From assembly GCA_964645915.1 (NCBI GenBank), contig CAZYDH010000009.1:1-58683 (forward strand): 58,683 nucleotides of DNA, written 5' to 3'. A program made the translations under genes and the position numbers. The notes below the pieces were generated by a model. The model was not told the origin of the DNA. It searched no databases and was given only the letters and a program-made list of their open reading frames with translations. This document shows positions 19,241 to 27,972 of the stretch, piece after piece. The DNA is from an uncultured bacterium. Lineage in GTDB: Bacteria; Fidelibacterota; Marinisomatia; Marinisomatales; JACNKV01. How positions within the stretch are numbered: the stretch's first letter is position 1; every line of letters begins with the position of its first letter.

Positions 19241-21669
19241 TGACAGATCACTGTGATCTTACCGATATTCGTGTTTCCATTCGGATCGTAGACTGAGAGT
19301 AAGTAGACGCCACTTCCTACCCACTCCCCTTTTTTATCTTTGCCATTCCAAGGAATTTGGTAGCCATTCTCTCCGAGCTGAACATCTTTTATATGACGGA
19401 TCACTTTTCCGGAGAGGGTCATTACCATTAGTGAAGAACCATCCATTAGTCCATCAACGATCAATGGTTTTAAAGAAGGAATATGGAAGGGACTTGGGAA
19501 TATTCTCATCTCGTTGTAATCGGCTTTAGAATCTGCAAATGGTATTTTCAAAACATTGATTCCCTGTTTTGACGTGATGTAGGCCAATCCTTCTACCGGA
19601 TCAAATGCAATATCGGTTACTTCATTTGACAGAAGTTTCGATGATTCTGTTTTAATCCCTTCTATTTCTTGTTGAGGATCATAGTCCGGCCAGTAAATCC
19701 CGTTGGAAAGAAGAACATGAATGCCATCCGTAGGTGAGAGTGTCCAAATATTACCTCTGGGGTCTATTTTTAGTTTCGAGCCATCTCCAAAGGAAACATT
19801 CGGAAAGTAGGCCAGAAGTGTATTACTCGTGGACTTAGGACCTTGACGAGTAATTGGGCGTTCCGATGATCCATAAAGATCAAAATAGATCAATCCAACT
19901 CGTGTTAATGCCCACATCCGGTTATGATCGATCCCTAAAGACCAAACTGTATTATTTCCTGATCCTAGACTTAGATTAACATTTGAGTCTGAATTTCCTT
20001 CATCATATTGAACAATACTAAACGATTCAGGGTTAGCAGGTGAACCGGAATACTCTAACATCACCAGTCCTCCATTTTGTACCGCATTACCTTCCCCTGT
20101 ATTCTCTGTTCCTTCAAATGCACCTATCCAAACACGATTCCAATAATCAATAGCGATTGTGTTTGGAGTGATACTCATATTTGCATTGGTAACGAAATAG
20201 CTACCCCATTCATCCTCAGGTGTTCGAACAGAAATCGGTTTATAAGCATTTCGTGAATAAGTGTCGGCTATCCAAAGGTTTCCATCTCTGTCAAACTCAA
20301 GATCTTTCACAACCATGTATGGGTTAGAATTACCACTTACGTACCAATAATCCAACCGAGAAGTATCGATCAATGTATAATTAACCGGATTATCGATATC
20401 AATAATAACCACCCCTCCTCCATGTCGAATCGGTTCCGGGTACGTTCCACGGATAGCACAATAAACCAAACCATCCGGACCTTGTTCAATATCTGCAACA
20501 AATCCTCCAAAATCGATCGGAAGTGTATCTGCCGCAAAGGTGTCATGGTCAAAAGATGAATGTATTATTGTATCCGTACCTGTAGTTTCAACTATATTTC
20601 TCCATCCCCATGATTCCTTAATGGCTAAACCATATTTTGAACCTGCGACGATCCTTCCATCATTTAGAGTTGTAATTGCAGAAAACTGGTTAGTTAAAGG
20701 AGCGTTTGGTATTCTGTATTCAAAGGTTTGTAACTCCTCATTTAAAAATCCTAAACCGGACTTTGTTCCGGCAATGACATGCCCCGATTCAGAAGCAAGT
20801 AATTTATGTACAGCATTACCCGGAAAATGAAAATACCACTCATATTCTATTTCACCTAGTTTGATCATTGCATCAGAATATATCCCAAAATAAGAGCCAT
20901 CTGCAGATTTCACAATATCCTGAAATTTATAATTCAAATAATCCGCAATGATGGTTATTTCAGAAGATAAATTATCTAAGCGATAAACGTTTTTATCACA
21001 AACAACGACTAATTCTTCATTGTGAAGGGATAAACACGACACGTCCCCTTCCCATTCAATAAATGGGATCGTCCAATCAATTGGATCTGTATGGATGGTT
21101 CCCGAATATAATCCTTCATTCGTACCAACGAATACTTGATCATTCCAAATCTCTATTCCGCTTACATCCGTTGACTCTAATAACCAATTCACTGTCATTA
21201 AATCGTTATGTTGCCATTTATTATTGGAGTAAAGAAATTTCTGAATACCAAAATCTTGATTATCTTTATACACCGCTAATGCAACCGTATCCGCGATAGC
21301 TATGTCAATTATTTCTGTTAATCCAAAATCGAATTCATTGATAGAATTCCGACCAGTGGGATTGTAAACTTGAATAAATCCATTAGGAGATGCACCACCT
21401 ATCCAAATATTTCCAAATTGATCTGTCTCGATCACTTTAAGGTTCGTTCCAATGAGTTCATCGATATTGGTTAACGTCTCAAACGATTGATCGTCCAAGT
21501 CAAAGATAAGCACTCCACCTTCGGTTGCTGAATATATTTTTCCCTCCAATTCCGTCAGATCATGTACAATTAATGGTGATGTCCAAGATTCCCAATCTCT
21601 GATACGGTTGATGCTGAACGCAAAAGTAAAAAGTGTAATCAGTGTGAAATATTTAAATCGTGTGTTCAT
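19237..21669 (-). CDS. porZ: PorZ-like beta-propeller protein with C-terminal Ig/T9SS-type domain
   Basis: Signal peptide; repeated DxxGxxW propeller blades; C-terminal FPSPF...WNGKDKKGEWVGSGVYL...GKITVI. Confidence 0.65.
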   Translation of the reverse strand: MNTRFKYFTLITLFTFAFSINRIRDWESWTSPLIVHDLTELEGKIYSATEGGVLIFDLDDQSFETLTNIDELIGTNLKVIETDQFGNIWIGGASPNGFIQVYNPTGRNSINEFDFGLTEIIDIAIADTVALAVYKDNQDFGIQKFLYSNNKWQHNDLMTVNWLLESTDVSGIEIWNDQVFVGTNEGLYSGTIHTDPIDWTIPFIEWEGDVSCLSLHNEELVVVCDKNVYRLDNLSSEITIIADYLNYKFQDIVKSADGSYFGIYSDAMIKLGEIEYEWYFHFPGNAVHKLLASESGHVIAGTKSGLGFLNEELQTFEYRIPNAPLTNQFSAITTLNDGRIVAGSKYGLAIKESWGWRNIVETTGTDTIIHSSFDHDTFAADTLPIDFGGFVADIEQGPDGLVYCAIRGTYPEPIRHGGGVVIIDIDNPVNYTLIDTSRLDYWYVSGNSNPYMVVKDLEFDRDGNLWIADTYSRNAYKPISVRTPEDEWGSYFVTNANMSITPNTIAIDYWNRVWIGAFEGTENTGEGNAVQNGGLVMLEYSGSPANPESFSIVQYDEGNSDSNVNLSLGSGNNTVWSLGIDHNRMWALTRVGLIYFDLYGSSERPITRQGPKSTSNTLLAYFPNVSFGDGSKLKIDPRGNIWTLSPTDGIHVLLSNGIYWPDYDPQQEIEGIKTESSKLLSNEVTDIAFDPVEGLAYITSKQGINVLKIPFADSKADYNEMRIFPSPFHIPSLKPLIVDGLMDGSSLMVMTLSGKVIRHIKDVQLGENGYQIPWNGKDKKGEWVGSGVYLLSVYDPNGNTNIGKITVICH

Positions 21670-21676
21670 AATGGTT

Positions 21677-22738
21677 CTATTGGAAAGGTGAAGGAATAAA
21701 ACATAATACGAAGATAGCTAAACATGCATAACCTATCAATCGATTTTCTTTGGATAAAGGTTCATCTACATTATACACGGGAGGATGTTTAACGGTTCTC
21801 ATCATGATCAGGATCAACGCACCCCAAATAAGCCAATTGATTGAAAATAAACTGAGAGGGATCAATAACAACAATGCTGTTTTTGCAACTTTCTCGTATT
21901 GTCTCCCCAGCATTGCATAAGCGACATGTCCTCCATCCAATTGACCGATCGGTAATAAATTAAGCATCGTTACCAATAAACCGATCCATCCTGCAAAGGC
22001 GATCGGGTGCAATAAAATTTCTTGTCCGTTTAATAATCCCGGATGAATGATCGCCGAAAAGAACTTCACCAATAATGAATCACCTAAGATCCACCCAACT
22101 GTACTTGGGTCCATATCAACAACAGATGATTTTACCAATCCTATTATGAGTGCCGGTACAGCTATCGCGAATCCTGCAATGGGTCCGGCTGCACCGATTT
22201 GAAGTAATGCATCTTTTCGATAGATCGGAGATTTAATTTTTATAAAAGCACCAAACGTACCGATAAATGTGGGCGCAGGAATAAAATAGGGCAATGTCGC
22301 ATCTACCCCATGTTTTCTTGCAAAATAATAATGACCAAATTCATGAGTTCCTAATATCAGCATCAATGTTAAAGAAAACGGAATTCCTTTTACCAAGAGG
22401 AGTGGTTCTTTGATCGGGTTCACCCCTTCCATCAATGAGCCGGCTAATAATGTAGTAAAAATTGTAGCAAAAAAGAGAATGATGTTGATACGAGGAATCT
22501 TCGGGATACGAAGTATAACTCTGTCTTCTTCCTCCAAACGAATAAATACTAAACCATTACTTTGGCTCAGATCAAATCTAAATGATTGCTTTCGCAAGAT
22601 TGTCTTAACTTGGTTAATTGATGCATCTTCAGCTAGGTTCCCGACAATCACCCAAGTATCACCGGATGAACCCATTTGTTTAGGGAAAAAAGATCCTTCT
22701 AATAATTTCAGGACGGATTTGATATCAGATTCGTTCAC
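21677..22738 (-). CDS. Site-2 protease (M50 family)
   Basis: HEFGH, GTFGAFI, AGPIAG, NLLPIGQLDGGH. Confidence 0.92.
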   Translation of the reverse strand: MNESDIKSVLKLLEGSFFPKQMGSSGDTWVIVGNLAEDASINQVKTILRKQSFRFDLSQSNGLVFIRLEEEDRVILRIPKIPRINIILFFATIFTTLLAGSLMEGVNPIKEPLLLVKGIPFSLTLMLILGTHEFGHYYFARKHGVDATLPYFIPAPTFIGTFGAFIKIKSPIYRKDALLQIGAAGPIAGFAIAVPALIIGLVKSSVVDMDPSTVGWILGDSLLVKFFSAIIHPGLLNGQEILLHPIAFAGWIGLLVTMLNLLPIGQLDGGHVAYAMLGRQYEKVAKTALLLLIPLSLFSINWLIWGALILIMMRTVKHPPVYNVDEPLSKENRLIGYACLAIFVLCFIPSPFQ

Positions 22739-22742
22739 AGGT

Positions 22743-23255
22743 TTATTGTTTTTTCTGATTATGTTTTTTCACTTTTTCATCAAGAATATTTGAAGCATCT
22801 TTTTCTAAGTCTAACATTAACTGATTGATCCAAAATTTTGTTTCGGTAATATATGATTCTATCACATCTATAGGAATTTGTTCCCCATACATATTGACAA
22901 TGAGAATTGCAGATACGACCGGAATGTATGTGTGCGTTGGATCTTTGTAAAAATGATCTAAAGCTGTCACCAGTTCACGGGTAGTTAAATAATCATCTGT
23001 TTCCGCAAATAGGCTATCGGCAAATGCCTGTTGCTCAGCCCAAGTTTTCAAATAATCATATAAACGTCCATCTTTAACCCCATTGACATAGGCTGCTTTA
23101 ATCGGATAACTGATCTCCAAGTTATAATCGGATATTTGATCAGCTCTGCGCCAATCACCCCCATCCCAAAATAAACGGTTTTGCTGTGTGTAAGCGTGAG
23201 AGATCAGGATTAATCCGATAATCGGAAGTAATATAGTTTGTTTTTTTATTTTCAT
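22743..23255 (-). CDS. Hypothetical exported protein
   Basis: Signal-peptide-like N-terminus; tightly packed with the M50 and PorZ-like genes. Confidence 0.7.
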   Translation of the reverse strand: MKIKKQTILLPIIGLILISHAYTQQNRLFWDGGDWRRADQISDYNLEISYPIKAAYVNGVKDGRLYDYLKTWAEQQAFADSLFAETDDYLTTRELVTALDHFYKDPTHTYIPVVSAILIVNMYGEQIPIDVIESYITETKFWINQLMLDLEKDASNILDEKVKKHNQKKQ

Positions 23256-23427
23256 GAATTCGATCGATATTTATGACTTGATTATATTGAATATACTCAA
23301 TAAACTTGTTCAAAGCAGACATATACAAACACATCGTTTGACTGCTATAATTGTGGATACGGAGTTTTGATAAATAATTTTTATGAGATATCTCTTTAAC
23401 ATAAATAAATCCGTAAATGAACTATTA

Positions 23428-23481
23428 ACTAATAGCGTGATAAACCCAATAAATGAAATAGCGTTTATCAAGTTGTTGTGC
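23428..23481 (+). mobile_element. Short, degenerate attC-like site 1
   Basis: TGATAAAC (23438-23445) and GTTTATCA (23463-23470) inverted repeat followed by GTTGTGC (23475-23481). Confidence 0.4.
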
Positions 23482-23507
23482 TTCATGCAAAGAAACTCCA
23501 CAAAAAA

Positions 23508-24296
23508 ATGAAAATGGAAGAAAGACTTGAAAAGCTTTTCAATTTTTTACAAGAAAACAGAACCTATAATAAAAAACTTCAAGAAAGATATTATCGTTCA
23601 ATAATTCTTCCGTATGATGGAATTCCTGATAAAATAATTTCTCTACTTTACCATATTGCAAATACTCAAAGTCAACCCAGAATAGATTATTTAGCAGACT
23701 TCTACAAAAAGATATATAAACACCGAGACCAATTAGAATCATTTGACAGTTTTTTAGGAATTTTACTGCCGACTACTCCAAAAAATTTCAAAGGTCTTTT
23801 TCAAAGTCTAAAATGTCAATCTGGATGGGGAAATAAAACTGCCGCCCTATTTACTAAAAGCATCTTTCATTTACATAATAATGAATATCCTAAACAGTTG
23901 AGAATTTGGAACGATGTTCCCAACAAAATAAATAAGAATGATGAAATTTATTTACCAGTAGATGCTGTTATTATTTCTATCTTCAAACAGTTGGAATTAA
24001 AAACTAATTGGAATTTTACCAATATCAATAAACTATTAAAGCATTATTATCAAGGGAATGACATTGAGATATGGGACGATTTATGGTTCTGGGGATTTAT
24101 TACTCAAAATGGGACTGGCATTAATAGAGAATTTTCATGGAACATGAATAAGTATTGGACATTGAAAGAAAGTAATAAAGATCCTGAGACTATCATGGTA
24201 ATTAAAGCCAAGGCTGAAGGGTTTCTGGAATTACTGAAGATCTGTACTTTAAAAATGAAAAGAACAACGACACGTAAAATAAAAAATAATAGTTAA
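23508..24296 (+). CDS. Hypothetical protein with HhH-GPD DNA-glycosylase-like motifs
   Basis: SGWGNKTAALF (HhH-like GxGxKTA) and YLPVDAV; start moved to ATG 23508. Confidence 0.55.
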   Translation: MKMEERLEKLFNFLQENRTYNKKLQERYYRSIILPYDGIPDKIISLLYHIANTQSQPRIDYLADFYKKIYKHRDQLESFDSFLGILLPTTPKNFKGLFQSLKCQSGWGNKTAALFTKSIFHLHNNEYPKQLRIWNDVPNKINKNDEIYLPVDAVIISIFKQLELKTNWNFTNINKLLKHYYQGNDIEIWDDLWFWGFITQNGTGINREFSWNMNKYWTLKESNKDPETIMVIKAKAEGFLELLKICTLKMKRTTTRKIKNNS

Positions 24297-24306
24297 ATCA
24301 AGTGTA

Positions 24307-24738
24307 ATGGAAATTGAAAATGTATCTATTCACTTAGAAAAACTCTCGGAAAATGACTGGGGTAAGCTATTTGCTTTAATCCCAATAATCGAATCAAGTG
24401 AGAATTTTATAGAAAGCGGTGGATTTATTGAAGATAAAGACGATCCCGATAATTTTATGATAACACCAATTATTGAAACTAAAGTGGTTTTAGACTTTGA
24501 GAGTATCATGTATGAACTTGATTTAGTCATTCCCTTCAATTGGTCAAAATGGGACAAAGGAAGAGATATTGTCAATAAAGGAGAATATAGCAATTTAGAC
24601 ACCACAACATTATTAAAAATCCTGACAGCATTTATAAGAAATAACAGATTCTGTGATGGAGCATTAGTCGCAAAATTTGAAGACCGAACGATTGAAAAAA
24701 TACTGAAAGAATTAAAGGCAAATATAGAACGAAAATAA
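24307..24738 (+). CDS. DUF6508-like protein
   Basis: PFNWSKW...LLKILTAFIRNNRFCDGAL...ILKEL pattern. Confidence 0.7.
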   Translation: MEIENVSIHLEKLSENDWGKLFALIPIIESSENFIESGGFIEDKDDPDNFMITPIIETKVVLDFESIMYELDLVIPFNWSKWDKGRDIVNKGEYSNLDTTTLLKILTAFIRNNRFCDGALVAKFEDRTIEKILKELKANIERK

Positions 24739-24747
24739 AGCGCGAAA

Positions 24748-24878
24748 GCACAACAAAAAATATAATGCATGCCGCAGTTAAGTCATTCAAAGAAAATGAA
24801 TTGTAAATTTGACAATGTAGAAAATAAAGAAAACTTATTGAATAAAATGCGGCACGCATCATATTCAAACCGTTAATT
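24748..24878 (+). mobile_element. attC-like site 2
   Basis: GCACAAC...GTTAATT ends; arms AATATAATGCATGCCGCA (24759-24776) and TGCGGCACGCATCATATT (24848-24865), whose two mismatches are G-T pairs on the bottom strand. Confidence 0.65.
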
Positions 24879-24908
24879 TCAATAATATGCAAAAAGAAAG
24901 TATCTAAA

Positions 24909-25019
24909 ATGATTGATAAAAAAAATGATTGGGATTCTCCCATTAGTCTTGGAATATTCTTTGCAGGTGTAGGAATATTACTGTTTGGTGTTGGGTTTTT
25001 CCTTAGTTTGTTCATTTAA
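24909..25019 (+). CDS. 36-aa single-TM peptide MIDKKNDWDSPISLGIFFAGVGILLFGVGFFLSLFI
   Basis: Below ORF-track cutoff; starts about 30 nt after attC-like site 2; clean Gly-rich hydrophobic helix. Confidence 0.45.
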   Translation: MIDKKNDWDSPISLGIFFAGVGILLFGVGFFLSLFI

Positions 25020-25118
25020 TAATTTAATTGAAAAAATTATAAAGAAAGCCATCAGATTATTAATGACGATAAATAACTCTTGAACTAGGTTTTCGTCATA
25101 TTTTCTTTCAGGAAAAAC

Positions 25119-25205
25119 AGATAACGATGATGTAGAGATTCCACCTTGCAGAGCATTAATCATTTTTTTGCTTCGCAAATTCTTGTCTAAATCCTGACGT
25201 TAAAA
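25119..25205 (+). mobile_element. attC-like site 3
   Basis: TAACG (25122-25126) and CGTTA (25198-25202) ends, with imperfect inner arms GATGTAGA/TCTAAATC and TTGCAGAGCA/TGCTTCGCAA. Confidence 0.45.
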
Positions 25206-25391
25206 CCGATATTTAAATAGAACTATGAATTTGCTATGAGTATTGATAATTTCTCATGAACGGCAGATGTTAGTTTCATTCTCTAATTAATACGGCATTT
25301 ATTTAATTTCCGATGAAACCAATGGTCTGTATAGATCATACAAAGATCATTAGATTAAGTAAGTGTTTTCATCTCACAATAGAGGACTTTA

Positions 25392-25820
25392 ATGAAATTC
25401 AGAATATTAAGTATTTTACTGATATTGTTTATCGGCATACAATTTATCCCATATGGTAAAGATCATCAAAACCCGAATGTGATCTCAGAACCCAATTGGG
25501 ATAGCAATAGAACAAAAGAATTATTTGATCGAGTTTGCTTAGATTGCCACAGTCACGAAACCAATTGGCCTTGGTATAGTAAAATTGCTCCGGTTTCATG
25601 GCTGAATCAACATGATGTAGATGAAGGACGAGAACATTTTAATGTTTCTGCTTGGGGCGTGCAAAAACGCAATGAAGGAGATGAAGCCGCTGAAGAAGTG
25701 ATAGAAGGAGAAATGCCTCCGTGGTTTTATTTTATTCCAAGACCCGGTTCGAAATTGACAGAAACTGAAAAAGAAGAATTGGTCAAGGGACTTACGGCAA
25801 CATTTGGGAAACACAAATAA
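25392..25820 (+). CDS. Haem-binding (Haem_bd-type) c-type cytochrome domain protein
   Basis: CLDCH (CxxCH), [16 protein letters not shown]; N-terminal anchor. Confidence 0.85.
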   Translation: MKFRILSILLILFIGIQFIPYGKDHQNPNVISEPNWDSNRTKELFDRVCLDCHSHETNWPWYSKIAPVSWLNQHDVDEGREHFNVSAWGVQKRNEGDEAAEEVIEGEMPPWFYFIPRPGSKLTETEKEELVKGLTATFGKHK

Positions 25821-25840
25821 CCTAGGTTCCAAAAGTATTG

Positions 25841-27097
25841 ATGAAAAATCAAATCAAAGAAAACCTTCAAAATAATGTAGAGCTTGAAAAGCTTTATCAA
25901 AAAAATAAAGTAAAATTTAAAAAGGCTTTCTTTGAGATATACCCTGAGATCGCAGATTACAAAATAGCTGATTTTTGGAAAACCCGATTGGAATTTGAAG
26001 AAGAAAAACAGAATTTGATTTTTAATAAAAAGGATATCCTCCCCCTTATCGTCAGCTTTCTCATAGCAGGATTCCTAATCCAGATTCCCAAGATTTTTTG
26101 TTTAGATTTAACACATTTTCTCTTTTATGAAAAAAATGTCGGATTGATCGTATTTTTTGGTTTATCAATCTACATATTTCTCATTCGAGAAACTTTGAAG
26201 AGAAAAAAACTTATCATTTCGATGGCAATATTTTTTATTTCTGCTCTTTATATCAATATTCTTCCAAACACTCTAAACAGCGATTCTATTAATTTAGCTT
26301 TTGTTCATCTACCGCTGATGATCTGGTCGCTGTACGGACTGATATTTATTAATTTCAATCTCACAGATAAAATAAAGAGAATGGATTATATAAAATATAA
26401 CGGTGATCTTGCTATCTTAAGTGCAATTATTATTATTTCCGGTGGAATTTTAACGGCAATTACCATTGGATTATTTGCCACCATTGGTTTAAATATTGAA
26501 GAGTTCTATTTCAATTATATTGTGATTACCGGACTTGTTTCTGTTCCGACGGTTGCAACATTTATCATCAAACGATATTCATTTGTAACCAATAAGATCG
26601 CTCCAATCATTGCAAATATTTTTAGTCCATTAGTTTTGATTACACTGATCATTTATTTGGTCAGCATTCTGATGATGGGGAAAAATCTTTATCACGACAG
26701 AGATTTTCTATTTATTTTTAATCTGATGCTCATAGGTGTAATGGCAATTATTATCTTTTCGGTTTCAGAAACTTCCATTCATTTAAAACATCGCTTCAAT
26801 GAATGGGTGTTATTATTATTAAGCATGGTGACATTAATCATTGATGTCGCCGCAATATCCGCGATAATGTATAGAGTAATCGAATTCGGAATCACTCCAA
26901 ACCGATTAGCCGTTTTGGGATCGAATGGTTTAATCTTTGGAAATCTCATCTTGATAATGATTGATTTATATAAGGTTATTTTTAAAAAAGTTGATATCCA
27001 TTTTGTCGAATTACGAACCGCAAAATATCTACCGATTTATACGTTTTGGACAGTGTTTGTTGTATTTTGTTTTCCACTATTGTTTGAATGTAATTAA
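25841..27097 (+). CDS. DUF4153-like polytopic membrane protein
   Basis: About 10 TM helices; YRVIEFGITPNRLAVLG motif. Confidence 0.7.
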   Translation: MKNQIKENLQNNVELEKLYQKNKVKFKKAFFEIYPEIADYKIADFWKTRLEFEEEKQNLIFNKKDILPLIVSFLIAGFLIQIPKIFCLDLTHFLFYEKNVGLIVFFGLSIYIFLIRETLKRKKLIISMAIFFISALYINILPNTLNSDSINLAFVHLPLMIWSLYGLIFINFNLTDKIKRMDYIKYNGDLAILSAIIIISGGILTAITIGLFATIGLNIEEFYFNYIVITGLVSVPTVATFIIKRYSFVTNKIAPIIANIFSPLVLITLIIYLVSILMMGKNLYHDRDFLFIFNLMLIGVMAIIIFSVSETSIHLKHRFNEWVLLLLSMVTLIIDVAAISAIMYRVIEFGITPNRLAVLGSNGLIFGNLILIMIDLYKVIFKKVDIHFVELRTAKYLPIYTFWTVFVVFCFPLLFECN

Positions 27098-27113
27098 TCG
27101 GAAAAAAACCCTG

Positions 27114-27959
27114 ATGAATCCACGAACTATTTTCACATCTATTATTCTTTATTTATTTATCTCAAATGCTATTCTTTCCGGTCAAGATTGGACAAACTTC
27201 AATTTTCCAAAAGTCACATTACAAGTAAAAGCAAAAGACCATAAAGGTATCTCAACCTATTTGGAATTAGTCAAAGAGCAAGGATACTCCGGAATTGAAG
27301 ATTGGGTGCAACACTGCTGCCTGGCAGTAGCAAAGGAATTATACTACTCTGACGATGAAGCGAACAATCAGCAACTGAAGGAGATCATTTATATCCTAAG
27401 AGATGGCGGACCCCTTTCGTATAAAAATGGAGCTGTGCCGGTCATTGAGATCGGGTTTGATCTGAATTATCTCGTTGGGTTTATCAAAGATCATGGAGAG
27501 AATGCTGCGCGAGATGAAATTTATGGAGTACTCTGCCATGAGATTACACACGGTTACCAAAAAGAACCAAAAAATGCAGGTGTATATGAAGCTGATTCTG
27601 AATTCTTCGCTTTTATTGAAGGATCAGCGGATGTTGTCCGTTTGAAAACGGGTGGATTTAATCCGCCCAGATTTCCGAAAACCGGAGGATTTTATACATC
27701 AGGGTACAATACGACTGCTTTCTTTTATCTGTGGATCAACAATACATTCAGCCAAACATTTGTAAAAGATTTAAACCGTACAGCGGACACATGTGCGGTT
27801 TGGTCATTTGACCAAGCTACGAAGCTAATTTTGGATGTCCCTGCAGATACACTTTGGAGAAAATATCAACAAGATCTAGAAACCTATCCATGGGAGAATA
27901 ATACAGAAAAAAGTGACCGTTTTATTAAGTCACTGAAACAAAACACTCATTCAGAATGA
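27114..27959 (+). CDS. Basic secretory protein (BSP)-family secreted metallopeptidase-like protein
   Basis: GVLCHEITHGYQ (HExxH), FIEGSADVVR, GYNTTAFF; start moved to ATG 27114, which gives a signal peptide. Confidence 0.8.
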   Translation: MNPRTIFTSIILYLFISNAILSGQDWTNFNFPKVTLQVKAKDHKGISTYLELVKEQGYSGIEDWVQHCCLAVAKELYYSDDEANNQQLKEIIYILRDGGPLSYKNGAVPVIEIGFDLNYLVGFIKDHGENAARDEIYGVLCHEITHGYQKEPKNAGVYEADSEFFAFIEGSADVVRLKTGGFNPPRFPKTGGFYTSGYNTTAFFYLWINNTFSQTFVKDLNRTADTCAVWSFDQATKLILDVPADTLWRKYQQDLETYPWENNTEKSDRFIKSLKQNTHSE

Positions 27960-27972
27960 AGACTCGACAACG

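Noticed and set aside
22743-23255. Divergent gene next to the attC-like cluster as an integron integrase
   Set aside because: Only 170 aa, has a signal peptide, and lacks the tyrosine-recombinase catalytic motifs
24330-25178. Minus-strand ORFs 24330-24770, 24632-25015 and 24978-25178
   Set aside because: Antisense to plus-strand genes and run through the attC-like palindromes; no recognisable motifs
25260-25330. A fourth attC-like hairpin (GTTTCAT/ATGAAAC)
   Set aside because: 7-bp core only, without properly placed AAC and GTT ends
26961-27113. N-terminal extensions given in the ORF track (also at 9484, 23478, 30687, 43316, 44256)
   Set aside because: They overlap neighbouring genes or RNA elements; downstream ATGs give family-typical starts
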